The position numbers and the translations under genes were made by a program. Source: Octopus vulgaris (taxonomy: Eukaryota). From it: a DNA stretch of 64,000 nucleotides. Each line of letters starts with the position of its first letter. Position 1 is the stretch's first letter. Where the stretch lies: contig OX597822.1 of the NCBI GenBank assembly GCA_951406725.2, positions 5,456,001 to 5,520,000 of the forward strand, written 5' to 3'. Under the pieces are notes generated by a model. It saw only the letters and a program-made list of their open reading frames with translations, did not search any database and was not told the DNA's origin. This document shows positions 62,631-64,000 of the stretch, in pieces.

Positions 62631-64000
62631 AATATCATTTGGGAAATTGGAATAGGTTTGTGAGTAAAGCACAGAGCTAGTAATATTGAGAAAAGGATAA
62701 AGCAGAAAGCTGACAGTATCATTAGCACACTGGGTAAGATGCTTAGCAGAACTTGGTCCATCTTTATATTTTGAGTTCAAATTCCACCAAGGTTGACTTT
62801 GCCTTTCATCCTTTCTGGATCCATGAAATAAGTACCAATTGAGCACTAGGGTCAATTTAATTGACTTAACTCCTCCCCCAAAACTGCTGACCTTGTGCCA
62901 AAATTTGAAACCAATATTTAGAAAAGGATGTTAGTCAATACCATTATTTGACTGGTATGTTATTTTATTGACACTGAAAGGATGAAAAGGAAAGAAAATG
63001 TGTATGTAAGAAGAAAAGAAAAAATGTGTCTGCCAAGGAGAAGAGATGAAAAGTTTTATCAATGATCAAAATGGCATAACTATGCTTAATAATGCTTAGA
63101 TATTTAGATTTCGTAGATACTAAATGTCCAACAGAAAGCATACACAGGCTGCTTTCACCAACTCCATAAAAAGACTAATTTTCAAATTTCCCAAACCGAT
63201 TTCCTTTCCCACTACTAAGATTAAAGCTCCTAATTTGGTTGTAATATATTTGTAAGTAACCCTAGTTTAGTGATACCATGGCTCTCCAGTCTACAGTAAA
63301 CATATAGTTCAATTCCTACAAGCAACGTTTTCAATTTGGTTTCTGTTTGGGGTGGGTGGGTTTTCATCAGCGCAAGATCATAAGACCATGGGTTCAAATT
63401 CCTGGACCAAGTGGTGTGTTGTGTCTCTGAACAAGACACTTTATTATTCTGTTTTGAAAAATTTGGAATATCTGACTAAATAACTAACCTTAGTGCCATA
63501 CTATTTTATGCTTAATCTTTAATGCAGACATTCCATTTCTTTCAAAAAACTGTATTTTTGTGATGTTATTGATACTTTTAATAACTGCATTAAGCTAATT
63601 TTATAATTTCATGTTTAAACTTAAATCATTTGAAAGAATAAAGGATTCTCATTTTAGTCAAAAATAGTTTCAATCATATGTGATTAAATATATGAAAATA
63701 ATTCACATCTAATCATCACTATACACTTGTTTTCAAGCTAATGATATCACTAAGTGTATGCTTATATGGGTACACACACACACACACACACAGATATATA
63801 TATATATGTATGTATATATATATATATATATGTATGTATATATATATATATAATATAATATAATATAATATAGTATAATATAGTAACAGCTTTTGTAATA
63901 TTTCTGTTGCTTTGAAATAAAGCATATTACTCTACCTCTGGTTTTGAGTACTCTTTTTTCCACTTTGTTTCACATTTATGTGCTTACTCAGGTATAGACA

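Noticed and set aside
14112-62655. Recurring ORFs such as MSSNARG..., MLGGQTQ...RRASFSFRLPNPLTR..., MTTDAGVF...
   Set aside because: Translations of SINE-A copies; they recur because of the repeat, not a gene family.

Overview
AT-rich, repeat-dense animal genomic DNA. The SINE repertoire (several tRNA-derived families with CORE-like, Nin/Deu-like and V-like central domains and TA/TG microsatellite cores) looks like that of Octopus; this is pattern recognition, not a database result. No intact protein-coding gene can be called, and almost all of the supplied ORFs are SINE or microsatellite artefacts. The window is most likely intronic or intergenic. Supported content: many SINEs (some with TSDs), a TIR-to-TIR DD36E (Incomer-like) Tc1 element nested in a pogo-like MITE, two decayed mariners, TTAA-flanked piggyBac-like MITEs, a non-autonomous Helitron, RTE and CR1-type LINE fragments, and Penelope-like fragments. 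Best leads: (i) a cluster of Penelope-like termini carrying three different minimal hammerhead-ribozyme-like motifs (34.4-35.3 kb); (ii) an inverted SINE pair enclosing two palindromes, a potential dsRNA/ADAR substrate (15.3-16.5 kb); (iii) frame-preserving micro-exon and terminal-exon candidates in TE-poor islands, hinting at an unidentified host gene; (iv) a three-template mosaic insertion at 315-616.
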